In this document: piece after piece, positions 20,176-30,354 of the stretch
Layout: each line of letters opens with the position of its first letter
Numbering within the stretch: position 1 is the stretch's first letter
Source: Longimicrobiales bacterium
GTDB lineage: Bacteria; Gemmatimonadota; Gemmatimonadetes; Longimicrobiales; Gaopeijiaceae
Direction: 5' to 3'
Length of the DNA: 64,000 bases
Assembly: GCA_965226375.1 (NCBI GenBank)
Contig: CBDDCX010000007.1
Coordinates: 160,001 to 224,000 of the forward strand
Translations under genes and position numbers: made by a program
The notes under the pieces: model-generated
What the model was told of the DNA's origin: nothing
Database searches by the model: none
Seen by the model: the letters and a program-made list of their open reading frames with translations, nothing else

Positions 20176-21246
20176 TTAGCGCGGAGTGAAATCCGTGTCG
20201 ACCTCGAGCCCTTGGACGAAAGCCGCCAACAGGCGAGCCGTACTGTCCAGATCCGCGAGACTGACGACCTCGTTTGGAGAGTGCATGTAGCGGTTCGGAA
20301 CGGACACCAGCCCGGTGGGCACTCCTCCCCGGCTCAGGTAGATGGAATCCGCATCCGTACTCGTGTTCTTCGGCTGAGCCTGAATCGTGTAAGGGATGCC
20401 CTCGGATTCGGCCACCTCCACCAGGCGGTCGAACACCACGGGATGGGCGGCGGAGCCCCGGCTGAGCACGGGCCCGCCACCGAGACTGTGGTCTCCCAAC
20501 TCCTTTTTCTCGACGTCCGGCACGTCGGTGCTGAACGTCACGTCCACGACGAGCGCCACATCGGGTTCCAACGCAAAGGCACTGCTCTGGGCTCCACCCC
20601 CGGATTTGCCGCCGATCTCCTCCTGGACGGTGGCCACAGCCACCGCTGACGCTTTGGGCGACGACTCCGTGAGGATTCGCAGGGCTTCGAGCACGACGTA
20701 AGCACCGATCCGGTTGTCGATGGCGCGGCTCGCCACTCTGTCTCCCGCCAGTCGCAGCATCTGGGCGTCGATCACCAGAGGATCGCCCACCCGGAGTCCC
20801 AATTCGGCTGCCTCTTCGTCAGAGGACACTCCGACGTCGATCCACAGCTGCCCGATCTCCGATGCCTTGGAACGCTCCCGGGGCTTGATGAGATGGATGG
20901 CCTTCTTGCCCACCACCCCAGGGACTTCTCCTGAACGTCCCAAGATCCGGACTCGTTGGCCCACGAGAACCTGAGGATCCCATCCACCGATACCTGCGAT
21001 GTAGAGGATCCCCTTCTCGTCGATGTGCGTAACCTGAAGCCCGATCTCATCGATGTGCCCCGCCATCATGACACGCGGCCTGCCGTCGGGGTTCACGAGC
21101 GCGAGGGTATTTCCGGTTACGTCCGTCGTGACCGAATCGGCAAATGTTTCGGCCTCGGCACGCCATATGCGGGCCGGGAGGACCTCGAAGCCCGAAGGTC
21201 CGGGCGCGTCGAGGAGGCTCTCAAGAAAAGGGGTTGGTTGGTTCAT
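20176..21246 (-). CDS. M42 family metallo-aminopeptidase
   Basis: GPSGFE, GHIDEIG, DNRIG, QEEIG, TDAD, RYMHS. Confidence 0.92.
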   Translation of the reverse strand: MNQPTPFLESLLDAPGPSGFEVLPARIWRAEAETFADSVTTDVTGNTLALVNPDGRPRVMMAGHIDEIGLQVTHIDEKGILYIAGIGGWDPQVLVGQRVRILGRSGEVPGVVGKKAIHLIKPRERSKASEIGQLWIDVGVSSDEEAAELGLRVGDPLVIDAQMLRLAGDRVASRAIDNRIGAYVVLEALRILTESSPKASAVAVATVQEEIGGKSGGGAQSSAFALEPDVALVVDVTFSTDVPDVEKKELGDHSLGGGPVLSRGSAAHPVVFDRLVEVAESEGIPYTIQAQPKNTSTDADSIYLSRGGVPTGLVSVPNRYMHSPNEVVSLADLDSTARLLAAFVQGLEVDTDFTPR

Positions 21247-21351
21247 GGCTCGGAAGCTATCGGTCCAAGGAGCGCGCTCAAGGGGTGCGGTCGATACGGT
21301 GTGCGGGGAAGTTCCGCAAACCCCGAGGCGCTCAGGCTCCGCTCAGCGCCC

Positions 21352-21840
21352 TCAGTTGAGCTCGTTCTTTGAGTCGTCCCAGGGAGAGGGCTCCGACGGA
21401 CGGGTCTCCCAGCCAGGCTGCCCGGCTGCCCAGCCCTGACCGCCCAGGACCGTCATCTGGATGGCGCCGTCCCGGATGCTCTGCTCCATGCGTTGCCTCA
21501 CCCGGCGCTGAATCGCCCGACGAGTAGACGGGAGAAGAAGACTGAACCCCACGAAGTCTGTGAGGATGCCGGGCGTGAGGAGAAGTGCGCCGCCCACGAG
21601 AATGCTCATGCCGTCCATGATCGCCTGGCCTGGCAGGTGTCCCCTGGCAAGATCCGCTCGGAGCTTCCAGAGGGTGCGGAGACCCTCGAGGCGGGCCAGC
21701 CAGGCGCCCGTCAGCCCGGTAAACACGACCAAGGCCATCGTGGGCAGGAATCCCACCACCTGCCCTACCTCGATCAGCAGGGCGAGCTCGAGTAGCGGCA
21801 CGATGACGAACAGGAGCGCGAGTTTGGCAAGAACGTTCAT
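21352..21840 (-). CDS. fxsA: FxsA family membrane protein
   Basis: PLLEL..LI.VG, G.WLAR.EG, GGALLLTPGILTD. Confidence 0.9.
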   Translation of the reverse strand: MNVLAKLALLFVIVPLLELALLIEVGQVVGFLPTMALVVFTGLTGAWLARLEGLRTLWKLRADLARGHLPGQAIMDGMSILVGGALLLTPGILTDFVGFSLLLPSTRRAIQRRVRQRMEQSIRDGAIQMTVLGGQGWAAGQPGWETRPSEPSPWDDSKNELN

Positions 21841-21886
21841 GACTTGTGACTACACCGTGTCTTCCACGCTGGTCCGGCTCCCGCTC

Positions 21887-21911
21887 TTGACTTGTCCTCT
21901 GGTCAGGTCAA
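21887..21911. promoter_or_regulatory. Imperfect palindrome overlapping a -35-like TTGACT
   Basis: TTGACTTGTCC-TCT-GGTCAGGTCAA, 9 of 11 arm positions pair. Confidence 0.4.
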
Positions 21912-21946
21912 ATCTGCACCTCACGTCACTCGCAGACTCCGCAGCA

Positions 21947-22021
21947 CAGTTGTACCTGGAGCCGTTGTACCCGAAGCAGTTACACCTGAAGCCGTTACAC
22001 CTGAAGCAGTAACACCCGGAG
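21947..22021 (+). repeat. Five 15-bp degenerate tandem repeats ending at the RBS
   Basis: CAGTTGTACCTGGAG CCGTTGTACCCGAAG CAGTTACACCTGAAG CCGTTACACCTGAAG CAGTAACACCCGGAG. Confidence 0.9.
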
Positions 22022-22027
22022 GGGAAG

Positions 22028-23140
22028 ATGCTCGTATCGAGGCGGTCTCTACTTAGTGCTCGGCTCCCTCGAGAAGACCGGGCGTCTCTTCCGGCACCGG
22101 GCGACGTCAAGATCGACGGAAACGAGAATCCGCTCGGACCGGGGCCGACGGCCATGAAGGCTCTGGTCGGGATGTTCGATCAAGCGGGCCGATATCCGTT
22201 CAACAGCAGTCCGAGCCACATCGACCTGCTCGCCGCGTTGGCCGACCACTTCGACACGACGCCCGATCATATCGCGCTTGGGTTGGGATCGAGTGAGATC
22301 CTGAGCAGTGCAGTACGACTGTTCGCGGGCCCGGATCGTCCCGTGATCACGAGCGGGCTCTCCTTCGCCGCTCCGATCACGGCCGCCAAGCAGTATGGCT
22401 ACCCGTGGACCGGCGTGCCGCTCGACGCCGACCTGAAGCTCGACCTGGAAGCGATGGCCGAGGCGGCTCGGGGCGCCGGGATGGTCTATATCTGCAACCC
22501 GAACAATCCGACTGCCACGCTGCACCCCGCTGCGGCAATCGAGCGCTTCGTAAACGACGTGCACGAGACCTCGCCCGACACCGTGATCCTCATCGACGAG
22601 GCCTATCACGACTACGTGACCGATCCCGCGCACCGGACCGCGATCCCGTTCGCCATCCAACGGCCCAACGTCGTGGTGGCGCGCACGTTCTCCAAGGCGT
22701 ACGGCATGGCGGGCCTCAGGCTCGGATACGGTATCGGGCAAGTCGAGACGATGGAGCCGATGCGTAAGAATCAGATGTCGGCCAACACCAATGTGCTGGT
22801 GATGGCTGCGGCCGTCGCTTCGCTAGGGGATCGCGGGCACATCGAGCGGGAGCGGGCCCGCAACACCGAGGTCCGGGGATTCGTCACGGACTTCTTCGAG
22901 CGGTCGGGCTTCCGGGTTCCCGAGTCGCAGGGCAACTTCTTGTTCGTGGAGCTCGGGCGGCCGGCCGCCGAGTTTCGAGCGGCTTGCGCCGAGCAACACG
23001 TGTTCGTGGCACGGGACTTTCCACCGATGGAGAAGACGCACTGTCGCATCTCCTTCGGGACCATGGCCGAGATGCGCAGAGCGTGTCGGGTCTTCGCCGA
23101 CGTGCTCGGCGTCGATGCTCCAACGGAGGCCCCACAATGA
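22028..23140 (+). CDS. Class I/II PLP aminotransferase (HisC-like)
   Basis: NENPLG, CNPNNPT, DEAY, RTFSKAYGMAGLRLG; N-terminal SRRSLL. Confidence 0.9.
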   Translation: MLVSRRSLLSARLPREDRASLPAPGDVKIDGNENPLGPGPTAMKALVGMFDQAGRYPFNSSPSHIDLLAALADHFDTTPDHIALGLGSSEILSSAVRLFAGPDRPVITSGLSFAAPITAAKQYGYPWTGVPLDADLKLDLEAMAEAARGAGMVYICNPNNPTATLHPAAAIERFVNDVHETSPDTVILIDEAYHDYVTDPAHRTAIPFAIQRPNVVVARTFSKAYGMAGLRLGYGIGQVETMEPMRKNQMSANTNVLVMAAAVASLGDRGHIERERARNTEVRGFVTDFFERSGFRVPESQGNFLFVELGRPAAEFRAACAEQHVFVARDFPPMEKTHCRISFGTMAEMRRACRVFADVLGVDAPTEAPQ

Positions 23141-24318
23141 GCGCCCGGAGGCAGGGAGGACCGGTTTCGAGACGAAGCTTTGTCGCAAGCATGGGACTCG
23201 GGGCAGCATACATCTCCGCGCGGGGCCACGAGGCGTGGGCAAGCGCACTGAACGAAGGCCGTACCGCAGACCCGTTCGCGCTAACGCAGACCAGCAGCAT
23301 CATTCTGAGCAGCAACGAGAATCCGCTCGGGCCGGGCGAGCATGTCCTCGCCGCGATGCGGGGGGTCCTCGGTCCGGACGGGGCCGGCGCCGCTCGGTAC
23401 ATGTTCGCTCAGGCAGACGAGGCGCGGGCGGCAGTCGCCGAGGCACACGGCGTCACGGTGCAGAACGTCCGGCTCGGTACCGGCTCGTCGGAGATCCTGC
23501 GTCTGGCCGCCGATCTGTTCACATCAGTAGACCGGCCGGTGGTGAGCCCGGACCCGACCTTCGAGTCGGCTGCCACATACGCTGCTTTCCTCGGCGCCGA
23601 AGTGAAGCGCGTCCGGATCGGCTCCGACTTCAGGAGCGATCTCGACGCGATGATCGACGCGTGCGACGGGGCCGGTCTGGTGGTTCACTGCAATCCGAAC
23701 AATCCGACCGCGACCGTACACTCCGCCTCGAGCACACGTGATTTTATCGAACGTGTGCACCGCCGCTCCCCGGGCACCATGATTCTGGTGGACGAGGCCT
23801 ATCACCATTACGTGACCGATCCCGACTACGAGAGTGCGATTCCGATCGCCGTCGAGAATCCGAAGGTCATGGTGGCCCGGACCTTCTCAAAGGCATACGG
23901 AATGGCGGGGCTCCGGATCGGCTTTGCCGTGGCGCACGCGGAGACGATCAGAGAGTTCATCGAGTTGCGGGGCCCGGACAGGTCCATGAACGTGCCGGGC
24001 CGAGTGGGTGTGGTGGCAGCTCTCGAGCGCGGGAACGGCCCCGTGATGGAGGAACAGCGGCGCAACACCTCCGTGCGGGACTTCACCCGCAAGTTCTTCC
24101 ACGACGCGGGCTACGAAGACACGGACTCCCAGGCCAACTTCATACTGGTCGACATTCGCCAATCGGCTCAGGAGTTCCGGCAGGCCTGCGCAGAGCAGGG
24201 GGTCCGGATCGGCGAGGGCTCTGCACTGTACCCGAACCACACCCGCATCACGATGGGTACGCAAGCCGAGATGGATCTTGCTACGCAGGTGTTCGCCAGC
24301 GTGCTCGGATTCGCCTAA
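23137..24318 (+). CDS. Class I/II PLP aminotransferase (HisC-like) with Tat signal
   Basis: ATGA overlap with the previous gene; SRRSFV plus h-region; same catalytic motifs. Confidence 0.9.
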   Translation: MSARRQGGPVSRRSFVASMGLGAAYISARGHEAWASALNEGRTADPFALTQTSSIILSSNENPLGPGEHVLAAMRGVLGPDGAGAARYMFAQADEARAAVAEAHGVTVQNVRLGTGSSEILRLAADLFTSVDRPVVSPDPTFESAATYAAFLGAEVKRVRIGSDFRSDLDAMIDACDGAGLVVHCNPNNPTATVHSASSTRDFIERVHRRSPGTMILVDEAYHHYVTDPDYESAIPIAVENPKVMVARTFSKAYGMAGLRIGFAVAHAETIREFIELRGPDRSMNVPGRVGVVAALERGNGPVMEEQRRNTSVRDFTRKFFHDAGYEDTDSQANFILVDIRQSAQEFRQACAEQGVRIGEGSALYPNHTRITMGTQAEMDLATQVFASVLGFA

Positions 24319-24463
24319 GAGCCGCGACCTTCGCCCCGCCGAGGGGTACCGCTTCGCCCGTCACGGCGGCCCGTTGCTTCGCGTGAGCCAAGAGGACCAT
24401 TAGTTTTGGTCCCGCGGCGGCGCATCGTGACACCGCTGTTGCAGCGCCCGGAGCTGGAGGCTC

Positions 24464-25696
24464 ATGGAAGGCACGTATTTTCGTAAGGGGTTCGGCCTCA
24501 AAGCCGAGGTACGACCCCTCATCGACGCCGAGTACCACTCGGCACTGGTGCAGAGCATTCGCAGCTCTGGAAACATTCAGGTCTTGGGCGACGTGACGGT
24601 GCGGTTGGCCGAGGAGTTCGGTTTCTGCTACGGGGTCGACCGCGCCATCGACTACGCATACGAGACTCGTCACAAGTTCCCGGACCGGCGAATCCACCTG
24701 GTCGGCGAGATCATCCACAACCCCCACGTGAATCAGCGCATTCGCGACATGGGGATGAAGTTCATCCATCCCGACGACACGGGCACGTTCGATTTCTCGC
24801 ATCTGACGGAAGAGGACGTCGTGGTCATGCCGGCCTTCGGTGTGACGATGGGTGACTTCAGCGCTCTGAGAGACATCGGCTGTGTGCTCGTAGACACCAC
24901 CTGCGGATCGGTGCTGTTGGTGTGGAAGCGGGTCGAAAGCTACGCTCGGGACGGATTCACCGCGCTGATTCACGGCAAGCACTACCACGAAGAGTCGAGG
25001 GCGACGGCTTCTCAGGTCCGGAGGTACGAGGGTGGTACGTACATCATCGTGCGAGACATGGCCGAGGCAGAAATCCTCTGTGACTACGTCGCCGGTCGCC
25101 CGCAGCGCCTCTCTAGGAAGGACTTCGTCGAGCACTTCAGCGAGAAGACCTCCGCGGGCTTCGATCCGGACATCGACCTGCTCAAGATCGGCGTGGCGAA
25201 CCAGACGACCATGCTCGCCAACGAATCGATGGCCATCGGCGCCAAGGTCCGGGACGCGATGGTCGAGGTCCGTGGCGAGGCGAACGCCGAAGAAAATTTT
25301 CGCTCCTTCGGGACCATCTGCTCGGCAACCCAGGAACGGCAGGACGCCATTCAGAAGATGATGGACGAAGGGCCACCCGAGGTCATGATCGTGATCGGCG
25401 GATACAATTCCTCCAATACCGACCACCTGGCTCACCTCTGTCGGGATTTCACCGTGACGTATCACATCGGAGACGCAACTTGTATCGACGTGAACGAGGG
25501 CGTGATTCGCCACAAACCGGGCTTGGGTGGTGATACGGCCGAGCAATTGGAGAGGGACTGGCTACCGGAAGGACCCTTCGACCTCGGCATCACGGCTGGA
25601 GCGTCGACGCCCAACAACAAGATCGGCGAGGCCCTGGTGCGGATCATTCAGATCCGCGGGATGGAGTCCGCCTTGCCGGAGGGCGGGAGCTCCTAG
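24464..25696 (+). CDS. ispH: 4-hydroxy-3-methylbut-2-enyl diphosphate reductase
   Basis: FGFCYGVDRA, IIHNP, DTTC, TICSATQERQ, SSNT, TAGASTP. Confidence 0.93.
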   Translation: MEGTYFRKGFGLKAEVRPLIDAEYHSALVQSIRSSGNIQVLGDVTVRLAEEFGFCYGVDRAIDYAYETRHKFPDRRIHLVGEIIHNPHVNQRIRDMGMKFIHPDDTGTFDFSHLTEEDVVVMPAFGVTMGDFSALRDIGCVLVDTTCGSVLLVWKRVESYARDGFTALIHGKHYHEESRATASQVRRYEGGTYIIVRDMAEAEILCDYVAGRPQRLSRKDFVEHFSEKTSAGFDPDIDLLKIGVANQTTMLANESMAIGAKVRDAMVEVRGEANAEENFRSFGTICSATQERQDAIQKMMDEGPPEVMIVIGGYNSSNTDHLAHLCRDFTVTYHIGDATCIDVNEGVIRHKPGLGGDTAEQLERDWLPEGPFDLGITAGASTPNNKIGEALVRIIQIRGMESALPEGGSS

Positions 25697-25718
25697 AAGA
25701 GGCCCCGGGGCACCCACA

Positions 25719-26255
25719 CTAAGATGCGCCGGCGGCCTCGGATGCGGGCGTAAAATCACTGGCGAGTCCCTTACCCAGCTTCTTGAGCAGTTCCCTAAGC
25801 GTCTCCTGTGCCTCCGGCTCCAACCCCGACGCGAGCTCGCGAATGAAGCTCGCATGTGTCAGGAAGACATCCGAAATCACCCGCTGTCCTTCGGGCGTGA
25901 GCTTGGCTTGTACGACCCGGCGATCCTCTCCGGACCGATCACGGTAGACCAGGCCCTGCTCTTCGAGGCGGTCCATCACGTAGGTCACGTTACCACCGGT
26001 AACCAGCAGCTTGTCCGCTAGCTCCCCCAGGGACAACGGCCCGAGGTGTAAGAGGGCTTCGAGGATCCCGAACTGGGGAGCGGTCAAGCCGTACTCGGTT
26101 ATCTTGCTCGTCACCGAGCGCGCGAACGTGAAGTAGCAGCGGGCTAGGGCGATCCACACCCTGAGCGCACGCTCTTCCTCGCGGCCCCACCCTCTGGAGG
26201 CCGGCGCGTCGACCGCGAACCCGCGGGAAGCCTTGCCGTCCTGGGTATCCAGCAT
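25719..26255 (-). CDS. MarR-family regulator
   Basis: GLT.PQFGILEAL.HLGPL, GNVTYV.DRLE, EDRR. Confidence 0.88.
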   Translation of the reverse strand: MLDTQDGKASRGFAVDAPASRGWGREEERALRVWIALARCYFTFARSVTSKITEYGLTAPQFGILEALLHLGPLSLGELADKLLVTGGNVTYVMDRLEEQGLVYRDRSGEDRRVVQAKLTPEGQRVISDVFLTHASFIRELASGLEPEAQETLRELLKKLGKGLASDFTPASEAAGAS

Positions 26256-26276
26256 CCGCTTGCCTCCTTCGTAATC

Positions 26277-27680
26277 CTAGATGTGGATGGGCCGTCCCAA
26301 GGCGGCCAACGCCCCTTCCGCTATAGCTTCGGAAAGAGTGGGATGCGGGTGCATGGCCCGATCCATCTCGTCGACGGTGGACTCCAGGTGGCGCCCGACG
26401 ACGAATTCTCCGATGAGCTCCGTCGCGTGGGGTCCAACGATGTGGGCGCCCAGGATCTCGGAATACTTCTTGCCGCGGATCACCTTCACGAAGCCCTCTG
26501 TATGCCCGGCGGCCAGCGCGCGGCCATTGCCGAGCCAGGGAAACTTGCCCACCTCGATCTCGTAGCCTTCGTCGAGAGCTTGCTGCTCGGTCAGGCCGAC
26601 GGAGGCCACCTCGGGATGACAGTATGTGCAGTTCGGGACGTTGCCGTAGTCGACAGGCCCGTGCCCGACGCCGGCAATCTTTTCGACACAGATCACGCCC
26701 TCGTGCATGGCCTTGTGCGCCAGAAGTTGCTTGCCGGCGCAGTCGCCTAGTGCGTACACACCCGGGACCTTGGTCTGCATGAAGTCGTCCACCGCAAAGA
26801 ACCCGCGCTCGTCGAGCTGAACGCCCGCCGCCTCGAGACCCAGGTCGGAAGAATTCGGTACGCGACCCACCGCAGAGAGGACGTTTTGGACGGCCAGCGT
26901 CTGGACTTCACCCTTCTTGTCCTTGAAGGTCAGGAGGACCGACTTCTCGCCGATCTCCGCCCCCTCCACCATCGCGGAGGTGAAGAAATCCATGCCCCGC
27001 TTCTTGAAGCTACGCTGCACGGTCGACGAGCAATCCTTGTCTTCCAGCGGGAGAATCCGGTCCAGGGCCTCGATGACCGTGACCTTGGTGCCGTAGGCGT
27101 TGAAGACGTCGGCGAACTCCATGCCCACCGCGCCCGCGCCGACCACGGCGAGCGACTCGGGAGCCTCTGGCTGGAAAAGTGCACCGGTGGACGACCATAC
27201 GCGGTCCTCGTCGATGGGCAGCACCGGGATGTCCCGGGGTCGGGATCCGGTGGCCAGAATAATGTGCGACGCTGCATACGACTCCTTGGAGCCGTCTCCA
27301 GCCTCTACCTCGACCCTGCTCCCGCCCAGCAGCCGACCGCGCCCCTCGATATGGGTCACCTTGTACTTCTTGAACAGGTGTGCCACGCCCTTGCTCAACT
27401 GGCCGGCGATGGCCCTGCTTCGCTCCTGCGCCGGCCCCAGGCTGGCATTGACCGCATCGAAGGTTATGCCGTGGGAGCCGGCCGTCTTCAACTCGTTGAC
27501 CAGGGCGGCACTCGTAAGGAGCGCCTTGGTGGGTATACATCCGATATTCAGGCATACGCCCCCGAGTTTATCCTCCTCGATGCACGCCGTGCTCAGGCCC
27601 AGCTGTCCCGCCCGTATGGCCGCCACGTAGCCTCCGGGACCGGCACCGATGACGAGAACGTCAAAACTCTTCTCTGACAC
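26277..27680 (-). CDS. lpdA: Dihydrolipoyl dehydrogenase (E3)
   Basis: GAGPGG, GGVCLNIGCIPTK, HPTLSE. Confidence 0.96.
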   Translation of the reverse strand: MSEKSFDVLVIGAGPGGYVAAIRAGQLGLSTACIEEDKLGGVCLNIGCIPTKALLTSAALVNELKTAGSHGITFDAVNASLGPAQERSRAIAGQLSKGVAHLFKKYKVTHIEGRGRLLGGSRVEVEAGDGSKESYAASHIILATGSRPRDIPVLPIDEDRVWSSTGALFQPEAPESLAVVGAGAVGMEFADVFNAYGTKVTVIEALDRILPLEDKDCSSTVQRSFKKRGMDFFTSAMVEGAEIGEKSVLLTFKDKKGEVQTLAVQNVLSAVGRVPNSSDLGLEAAGVQLDERGFFAVDDFMQTKVPGVYALGDCAGKQLLAHKAMHEGVICVEKIAGVGHGPVDYGNVPNCTYCHPEVASVGLTEQQALDEGYEIEVGKFPWLGNGRALAAGHTEGFVKVIRGKKYSEILGAHIVGPHATELIGEFVVGRHLESTVDEMDRAMHPHPTLSEAIAEGALAALGRPIHI

Positions 27681-27953
27681 GCCCTACCCTCTTTCGAAGA
27701 ACGAACCCGATCGCCGACCGACACACGAGCGGGCACGCCAGGATTCCACATGTTTGGGCCCGGTTCCGGCCCTGCGGATCGGCCCCGGGAACGGCGCTTG
27801 AAGTTAGACGGGCCGCGTGGGCAGGTAAACCCTCCCCGGGGCCTTGAGAAGAGTACTCGGGCATGAGTCGTATTCCTTTGCAGTCGGGAGCGGCGCGGCC
27901 TATTCTGCTTCAGGTTCTGCCCGTCCCCTCACTCCTCGGGTAGGAGGGTCCAG

Positions 27954-28511
27954 ATGTGGGAATTGATCGTAGTGGGCGCCGTCGTTCTCGGTGGCGTCGG
28001 GCTGTACAACTCCTTGGTGAAGCTCAGAGAAATGGCGGACGCGGCCTGGGCGGACATCGATGTCCAACTCAAGCGAAGATATGACCTGATTCCCAACATC
28101 GTCGAGACGGTGAAGGGATACGCGTCTCACGAGCAGAAGACATTGGAGGCGGTGGTGCAGGCCCGATCTTCGGCCATGTCCGCACAGGGGCCGGCGCAGA
28201 AGGGGCAGGCCGAAGGTATGCTGACGGGAGCGCTCAAGTCCTTGTTCGCACTGTCCGAAGCGTATCCGGACCTGAAAGCTGCAGGAGGCTTCCAGGATCT
28301 TCAGGGGACACTCGCCGACCTGGAGAGCTCCGTCCAGAACGCCCGTCGTTATTACAACGCGGTGGTGCGAGACTACAACACGAAGATCCATTCCGTGCCA
28401 TCGAACATCGTTGCCAAGAGCTTCAACTTCGCCGAACGGGAGTTCTTCGAGATCCCAGAGGCCGAAAAGGCCGTGCCCCAGGTAAAGTTTACCGACGACA
28501 GCAACGGCTGA
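27954..28511 (+). CDS. lemA: LemA family protein
   Basis: AWADIDVQLKRRYDLIPN, EAYPDLKA, ARRYYN. Confidence 0.93.
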   Translation: MWELIVVGAVVLGGVGLYNSLVKLREMADAAWADIDVQLKRRYDLIPNIVETVKGYASHEQKTLEAVVQARSSAMSAQGPAQKGQAEGMLTGALKSLFALSEAYPDLKAAGGFQDLQGTLADLESSVQNARRYYNAVVRDYNTKIHSVPSNIVAKSFNFAEREFFEIPEAEKAVPQVKFTDDSNG

Positions 28512-28550
28512 TTCGTCCGGCCAAATCCTGACAGGCGGGGAGGGATCATC

Positions 28551-30317
28551 ATGCGAACGCTCACACGGCGTCTCGGGATTACGCTGGCCGCCAGTCTCGT
28601 GCTGGCGGCCGGCAGTAGCTCACTGTCGGCCCAGTCGAAGAAGCTCGAGATCGAGCGCTTCGATGCGGAGATCTCCGTGGCGGAAAGCGGCCGGGTCCAC
28701 GTCTCCGAGGCGATCCTTTTTCGTTTTACGGGCTCCTGGAATGGAGTCTACCGGGACATTCCCGTCATCTATACGACGCCCAGCGGCTTCAACCTCCGCC
28801 TGGAGCTGAACGTACACTCCGTCACGGCTGAGGACGGCACGGCCCTGCGATACGAAGAGAGCCGGGAGCGGCACTACAAGAGAATTAAGATTTGGGTGCC
28901 CGAGGCGGTCGATGTCAGCCGAACCATCAACATTCAGTATTCCTCCCCGAATGCCCTGCGCTTCATCGACGCGGAGGAGAGCGAGTTCGAAGCAGGGCAC
29001 GACGAGCTCTACTGGAACGTGACCGGTGACGAGTGGGAGATCCCCATCTTCGCCGCCAGCGCTCGCATCATCGTTCCGCCCGAGGTGACCGGCCTCAGGG
29101 CGCGAGTGTACACGGGCGGTCTCGGTTCCACAGCTTCCAACGCTCAGATGCGTGAAATAGAATCAGGATTCTATTTTGAGACGACGCACGCGCTGGACAT
29201 GCAGGAAGGGATGACCGTTTCCATGGCCTGGGACCCGGGCGTCATCGCACGCCCCACGGTCGCCCAGAAGGTGAACCGCTTCTTCGGCGCCAATTGGATC
29301 TTCCTGTCACCGATCATGAGTTTCCTGTTCATGTTTCAGCTGTGGCGCCTTCGTGGACGCGATCCGACCCGCCGGGCGATCCCACCCCAGTACAAGCCGC
29401 CCGAAGGACTCACGCCCGCCGAGATCGGCACACTCATCGACAACAGCCCCGATATGCGGGACATCACGGCCTCGATGGTCGACCTCGCGGTGCGCGGCTA
29501 CATCAAGATCGAGGAGCAGGAGCGCACCGGAATCCTGGGCATGCTGAAGGGCAATTCCTATTCGTTCGTGATGCTCAGGGATCTCGACCAGTGGTCCGGG
29601 CTGCAAACGCACGAGCACTCACTCATGAGTGGGCTCTTCGACGGAGGATCCAGGAAGCACGTCGACCTCGACGAACTGGAGAACGAGTTCTACAAACATG
29701 TGAGTGACATCAAGGACGGGATCTACAGCCGGCTCCTGGGGCTAGGCTTCTACCACCACCGTCCCGACCGCGTGATCGGTGCCTATGTGCGCAGTGGTAT
29801 CGCCCTGGGGGTCTTCATGGTGATGGGGTTGAGGTTTTTTGGTGATGCCCTTTCCTTGCCGATAGGCGCGGGTGTGACCGCAGCCATCCTGAGCGCCCTG
29901 CCCGTCATGGGCTTCGGCCTCGTCATGCCCGCCCGCACCGTCAAGGGCGCCCGACAGCTCGAGCACATCCTCGGATTCCAGGAGTTCCTCGATCGGGTCG
30001 AATCGGACCACTTTCGCCGCATGATCGACTCACCGGAGATGTTCGAGCGATATCTCCCTCATGCTATGGCGCTTCAGGTCGAGAAGAAGTGGGCGCGCGC
30101 TTTCGAGGACCTGTACAAGGAGCCACCCGACTGGTATTCGGGACCGGCGGGACATCGCTTCCACCCCACGCTCTTCGTAGCCAACCTCGGTAGCATGACC
30201 GGGCGGGTGGGGAGCGCCATGACGTCGCAGCCGAGAAGTAGCGGAGGTTCGGGCTTCAGCGGGGGAGGGGGCTTCAGCGGAGGTGGGTTCGGAGGCGGAG
30301 GCGGAGGCGGCTTCTAA
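28551..30317 (+). CDS. DUF2207-type membrane protein
   Basis: ELYWNVTG, DLAVRGYI, YLPHAMAL, Gly/Ser-rich tail; typical LemA neighbour. Confidence 0.85.
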   Translation: MRTLTRRLGITLAASLVLAAGSSSLSAQSKKLEIERFDAEISVAESGRVHVSEAILFRFTGSWNGVYRDIPVIYTTPSGFNLRLELNVHSVTAEDGTALRYEESRERHYKRIKIWVPEAVDVSRTINIQYSSPNALRFIDAEESEFEAGHDELYWNVTGDEWEIPIFAASARIIVPPEVTGLRARVYTGGLGSTASNAQMREIESGFYFETTHALDMQEGMTVSMAWDPGVIARPTVAQKVNRFFGANWIFLSPIMSFLFMFQLWRLRGRDPTRRAIPPQYKPPEGLTPAEIGTLIDNSPDMRDITASMVDLAVRGYIKIEEQERTGILGMLKGNSYSFVMLRDLDQWSGLQTHEHSLMSGLFDGGSRKHVDLDELENEFYKHVSDIKDGIYSRLLGLGFYHHRPDRVIGAYVRSGIALGVFMVMGLRFFGDALSLPIGAGVTAAILSALPVMGFGLVMPARTVKGARQLEHILGFQEFLDRVESDHFRRMIDSPEMFERYLPHAMALQVEKKWARAFEDLYKEPPDWYSGPAGHRFHPTLFVANLGSMTGRVGSAMTSQPRSSGGSGFSGGGGFSGGGFGGGGGGGF

Positions 30318-30354
30318 GACCGGGAGGTGGCCTCCGGGAGCGGAACGGCAGCTT

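Noticed and set aside
21947..22021. Possible CRISPR array
   Set aside because: Contiguous 15-bp units with no unique spacers; no cas genes in the window
30236..30314. GGC/GGA-rich repeat
   Set aside because: Encodes the usual Gly-rich tail of DUF2207-type proteins
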